Shown piece by piece: positions 7,378-10,464 of a DNA stretch of 10,464 nucleotides. Both the position numbers and the translations under genes were made by a program. Source of the stretch: Bdellovibrionia bacterium (GTDB lineage Bacteria > Bdellovibrionota > UBA1018). The stretch spans positions 1-10,464 of the forward strand of contig JBMSSC010000096.1 of assembly GCA_049424145.1 (NCBI GenBank), in the 5' to 3' direction. Every line of letters begins with the position of its first letter. Within the stretch, counting starts at the first letter, position 1. The notes under the pieces are model-generated. The model ran no database searches. It worked only from the letters and a program-made list of their open reading frames with translations, and was not told the origin of the DNA.

Positions 7378-7386
7378 ATTATCACA
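7378..7386 (-). promoter_or_regulatory. Possible extended -10 promoter for the coiled-coil protein gene
   Basis: TG-T-GATAAT on the minus strand ~60 nt upstream of ATG 7318; no recognisable -35. Confidence 0.3.
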
Positions 7387-7517
7387 GCTCAAAAAAAACA
7401 ACCAGTGTCCAATACAGGGCTGATTTTTTGAAACGAGAATTTCTTACCCAGTAGTCACATTTTTCTGCTCGAACCAGAAAGAAAACAGACGGAGTCAATT
7501 TTTACAACAATAACAGA

Positions 7518-9215
7518 TTAAAAACTCTCCCAGTTTTGAACTAATGGCACACGTCTTCCTAAGCCAAAGGCCTTGGAGCTCACTTTTAAAACCGGGGCAG
7601 CTTGCTTCCTTTTGTACTCATTGGCGTGAAGCTTTCTTAAAATTCCCACCACTCCACCCGTATGTTCTGGACACCGAGAGTCAAACTGCTGCCTCAACTC
7701 ATCGACTCCGACAGCCTTTTCCAGATACCCCTCTAAAATTCCATCCAAAACCTCATAGGGAGGAAGCGTGTCCTGATCCTTCTGATCGGGCCTGAGCTCA
7801 GCCGAAGGTGGCTTCGTCAGAGATCGCTCAGGAATCCAATTTCCCCAATTCTGATTGATGTACCGCGCCACTTCATACACTCGCGTCTTAAGCACATCCC
7901 CAAGCGGAGCCAATGCTCCTGCCATATCCCCGTACAAGGTGCAGTAGCCCATGGCCAACTCCGACTTATTTCCCGTAGTCAGAACCAAGGCGTTTTCATG
8001 ATTGGCCAATGTCATCAAAATGACTCCCCTGAGCCTAGCCTGCAAATTCTCACTGGCCACCGGAGCCAGACCCCCGCGAGTTGCTCCCAGCTCCCGAGAC
8101 CAAGCCTGATAGATGAACTTAATCGGACTCACCTCAAAACGACACCCCAACTGACGAGCCAAAACCTCAGCATCTTCTAAGCTATGCGAAGAAGAAAAAG
8201 GACTGGGCATGGCCACTCCTAAGACACTTTTCGGACCCAAAGCCCGGACCGCAAGCGCCGCTACCACGGCCGAATCAATCCCCCCACTTAGACCTAAGAC
8301 AACGGATTTAAAGCCCGTTTTTCTCACATAGTCTTGAATGCCCATGACGAGTGCTCGCGTGAGGCTCTCGATCTCCTCAGGCAACTCCTCTTGAAACCAA
8401 GAAATCGGCGAGGACTCGGAAGTCAATGCCTTGACTCGCCCCGTTTGAGCCACCTCGATGACCCCATAGGACTCATCAAAAAGCGGAAGGCGCCTGAAGT
8501 TTTTCCCCTCCGCATCGACCACAAACGATCCGCCATCAAAGAGGACCTCATCCACCCCACCCACCTGATTGACGTAAACTAAGGGGACCCCAAGCTCGCG
8601 GGCAATCCGTGAGTGCAAGGCCTCACGCACCTTCGTTTTTCCCAACTCGTAGGGACTAGCCGAAAGCGAGATCAAAAGCCCTACTCCCTGCTTTTGATAC
8701 TCCTGCAGAGGGTTTTTTCGATGACGCTTGCGCCCTAAAACCCGCTCGGAGGCCCATAAATCCTCGCAGATGGCCAATCCAATGGACGTACCCTCACAGT
8801 TCCAAAGACGGATCTCCCTGGCTGGCTCAAAAACCCGAGACTCATCAAAGACATCGTAATTAGGAAGCAGCGTCTTGGCTTGATGAAAAACAGCATGACC
8901 TCTTTCAAACACAGTGACTGCATTTTGAGCCGCTGGACCCTCGGGTTGAGGATTTTTTTGTAAATGCCCCACCACCAGAGCGCAAGACTTGCCTTCGGTC
9001 AATGCCCTAAGGCGCTCCAAAGCCTGTTGAGTTTGCTCTAAGAGCTCCGGACGATCCAAAAGATCGAGAAGGGGGTAGCCTGAAACTGCAAGCTCAGAGG
9101 TCACAAGCAAACGGGCATGATCTTCACATGCCCGTTCATACGCTTGCTCAATTTTTTTGAGATTCGAAACAAACGCCCCTACGCCAAGATTCAGCTGGGC
9201 AATTGCGATGCGCAT
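7518..9215 (-). CDS. nadE: Glutamine-dependent NAD+ synthetase
   Basis: N-terminal nitrilase-like glutaminase with Glu (TSELAVSGY), Lys (KTLLPNYDVFDE) and Cys (ICEDLW). Synthetase domain with PP-loop GLSGGIDS, ENLQARLRG, TGNKSE..GY.TLYGD, KPPSAELRPDQKD and EYKRKQ. Confidence 0.97.
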   Translation of the reverse strand: MRIAIAQLNLGVGAFVSNLKKIEQAYERACEDHARLLVTSELAVSGYPLLDLLDRPELLEQTQQALERLRALTEGKSCALVVGHLQKNPQPEGPAAQNAVTVFERGHAVFHQAKTLLPNYDVFDESRVFEPAREIRLWNCEGTSIGLAICEDLWASERVLGRKRHRKNPLQEYQKQGVGLLISLSASPYELGKTKVREALHSRIARELGVPLVYVNQVGGVDEVLFDGGSFVVDAEGKNFRRLPLFDESYGVIEVAQTGRVKALTSESSPISWFQEELPEEIESLTRALVMGIQDYVRKTGFKSVVLGLSGGIDSAVVAALAVRALGPKSVLGVAMPSPFSSSHSLEDAEVLARQLGCRFEVSPIKFIYQAWSRELGATRGGLAPVASENLQARLRGVILMTLANHENALVLTTGNKSELAMGYCTLYGDMAGALAPLGDVLKTRVYEVARYINQNWGNWIPERSLTKPPSAELRPDQKDQDTLPPYEVLDGILEGYLEKAVGVDELRQQFDSRCPEHTGGVVGILRKLHANEYKRKQAAPVLKVSSKAFGLGRRVPLVQNWESF

Positions 9216-9643
9216 TAATATCGTTTCTGAATCTCTGCTTTATCAAAGAAGTAAGCTAATTCTCGCTCGGCGGACTGAAGGCTATCCGATCCATGCACAG
9301 CATTGGCTTCAATGCTATCGGCAAAGTCCTTTCGAATCGTTCCTGAAGCCGCCTTTGCAGGATCCGTGGCACCCATGATTTCGCGGTTCAGCAATACGGC
9401 GTTTTCGCCTTCCAAACACATCAAAAGCACCGGTCCACTGGTCATAAAATGAATTAAGCTTTGGAAAAATGGACGGTCTTTATGTTCGATATAAAAACCC
9501 TCTGCTTTTTCACGGGAAAGGCGAGTAAACTTAGCAGCCGCCACACGTAATCCTTTGCTTTCAAAACGAGTGATGATTTCACCCATCACGTTCTTTTGAA
9601 CCGCATTGGGCTTAATAATTGAAAACGTTCTTTCTAATGCCAT
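9215..9643 (-). CDS. ndk: Nucleoside diphosphate kinase
   Basis: [36 protein letters not shown] and catalytic [13 protein letters not shown] (9655-9651) is 7 nt before the ATG. The stop overlaps the nadE start (TAATG at 9217-9213). Confidence 0.98.
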   Translation of the reverse strand: MALERTFSIIKPNAVQKNVMGEIITRFESKGLRVAAAKFTRLSREKAEGFYIEHKDRPFFQSLIHFMTSGPVLLMCLEGENAVLLNREIMGATDPAKAASGTIRKDFADSIEANAVHGSDSLQSAERELAYFFDKAEIQKRY

Positions 9644-9683
9644 AATCCAACCTCCAAAAGTCCATCTGGACCACTAGACCGAA

Positions 9684-9710
9684 TACACCTTACTTCTACC
9701 CTGCCGATCA
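9684..9710 (+). promoter_or_regulatory. Candidate sigma28 (FliA)-type promoter, divergent from ndk
   Basis: TACA(9684-9687)-N15-GCCGATCA(9703-9710) versus consensus TAAA-N15-GCCGATAA: one mismatch per box with exact spacing. Confidence 0.4.
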
Positions 9711-10063
9711 TCACAGGGATGGTGAAAAAAACTGCTCATATTTCTGGGGAGTCCTTACTGGACTCAACAAGAAGGACCCCTCTCCTCTTGCAGCTCCCAT
9801 GCTTTGACTCACCGCTTTTTCTTTTCCAGATGATGGACTCCTGAGAAGATCAAACGGATATTGGAGAACCCAAGACTCTGGATTGAGCTTGAATTGAACT
9901 ACTCTCCCATTCTCTCAGACCTAAGCGAGCTGGGATCCTGATGCTTTTGGTCTACTCGATGGATTTTTGTCGAAGCCTGGGACAACTTCAGTAACAACAT
10001 ATAGTGCCTGAAGAAGAACTAAACAATCATAATTTTTGATCGAATCGGGCACGCAAACCGCTT

Positions 10064-10132
10064 TCAGGGAGGTATGCGCCCCACGGCCTGAAGCTTGAGC
10101 TTTTGAAATCGTCCAGAATTTCGAAGGCTCAT
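10064..10132 (-). CDS. Possible 22-aa small ORF MSLRNSGRFQKLKLQAVGRIPP
   Basis: AAAGGGAGG SD ending at 10141, 8 nt before ATG 10132; TGA at 10066-10064. No homology evidence. Confidence 0.3.
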   Translation of the reverse strand: MSLRNSGRFQKLKLQAVGRIPP

Positions 10133-10198
10133 CAGGATTCCCTCCCTTTCGGCCTGAGTCCCAGCCCTACTCAGAGGGAACAAAACTTGTTTTTCTCT

Positions 10199-10261
10199 GA
10201 GAGGAGAAAGCCCCGAGGAGTTTTTCTCAAACTCCTCTCTCTTTTTTTGGGGCCTCCTCTC
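10199..10261. terminator. Nested inverted repeat downstream of sucD; terminator-like on the plus strand
   Basis: Inner perfect 9-bp stem GAGGAGTTT(10215-10223)/AAACTCCTC(10229-10237) followed by TCTCTTTTTTT on the plus strand. Outer arms GCCCC/GGGGC and GAGAGGAG/CTCCTCTC. Confidence 0.55.
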
Positions 10262-10292
10262 TCGAAAAATAGCTGATCTCTCTGCGCTTGTT

Positions 10293-10464
10293 TTACTTGA
10301 GCGCCTTGGCTAGGGTTGAACCCAAATCAGCAGGACTTCGAGCGATTTTCACGCCCGCCGCTTGCAGGGCCTGGAACTTCTCCTCGGCCGTGCCCTTACC
10401 GCCTGAGATGATTGCACCGGCATGCCCCATGCGCTTACCCGCAGGAGCCGTGGCCCCCCCGATA
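10293..10464 (-). CDS. sucD: Succinyl-CoA synthetase alpha subunit, C-terminal part (runs off the window)
   Basis: Manual translation [56 protein letters not shown] contains the phospho-His motif GKRMGHAGA. Stop at 10295-10293. Absent from the ORF track. Confidence 0.95.
   Translation of the reverse strand, partial: IGGATAPAGKRMGHAGAIISGGKGTAEEKFQALQAAGVKIARSPADLGSTLAKALK

Noticed and set aside
7391..7422. Hairpin plus U8 after nadE on the minus strand
   Set aside because: The stem is short and interrupted (5 bp plus 3 bp); too weak to call a terminator.
4211..9378. Short ORFs overlapping the epimerase, infC, coiled-coil gene, nadE and ndk (e.g. 4211-4522, 6925-7296, 7544-7795)
   Set aside because: They overlap well-supported genes and look like shadow frames.
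9899..10000. 33-aa minus-strand ORF MLLLKLSQ...MGE*
   Set aside because: No SD and no recognisable features.
10067..10091. Plus-strand GGGAGGT-ATG opening MRPTA*
   Set aside because: The SD is only 1 nt from the ATG and the ORF has 5 codons.
10035..10095. Resemblance to a c-di-GMP-I riboswitch (hairpin then GGGCACGCAAACC ... GGCCTGA, plus strand)
   Set aside because: The 5' GGCAAA, GNRA tetraloop and downstream receptor helix are missing or misplaced; not supportable without a cmscan hit.
10105..10140. Hammerhead-like core CUGAUGA-GCCUUC-GAAA on the minus strand
   Set aside because: No convincing stems I and III or NUH cleavage site could be built from the flanks.
1..10464. CRISPR array, IS/transposase, tRNA, tmRNA, RNase P or SRP RNA
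   Set aside because: No regularly spaced 23-47 bp repeats, transposase ORF or conserved RNA signature motifs found by eye.

Overview
Bacterial chromosomal window of roughly balanced GC. The large Cys-rich lipoprotein, sucD-ndk linkage and tailed IF3 suggest a Bdellovibrionota/deltaproteobacteria-like organism; this is inference only. The minus strand carries the 3' end of sucD, a ~650-bp ORF-poor structured spacer, a translationally coupled ndk-nadE pair, a coiled-coil protein with a Lys/Ala tail, a stand-alone infC and a 1264-aa uncharacterised disulfide-rich lipoprotein. The plus strand carries a TIGR01777-type NAD(P)-dependent epimerase fused to an SRPBCC domain. No mobile element, CRISPR array, tRNA or rRNA is visible. 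Three things stand out: (i) the sucD-ndk spacer has a sigma28-like promoter and a terminator-like structure on the plus strand, with an SD-led 22-codon ORF on the minus strand; (ii) infC is isolated, with an SD lacking any canonical start at normal spacing, a palindrome over its promoter and a long 3' hairpin; (iii) the giant lipoprotein has a repeat-rich upstream region.
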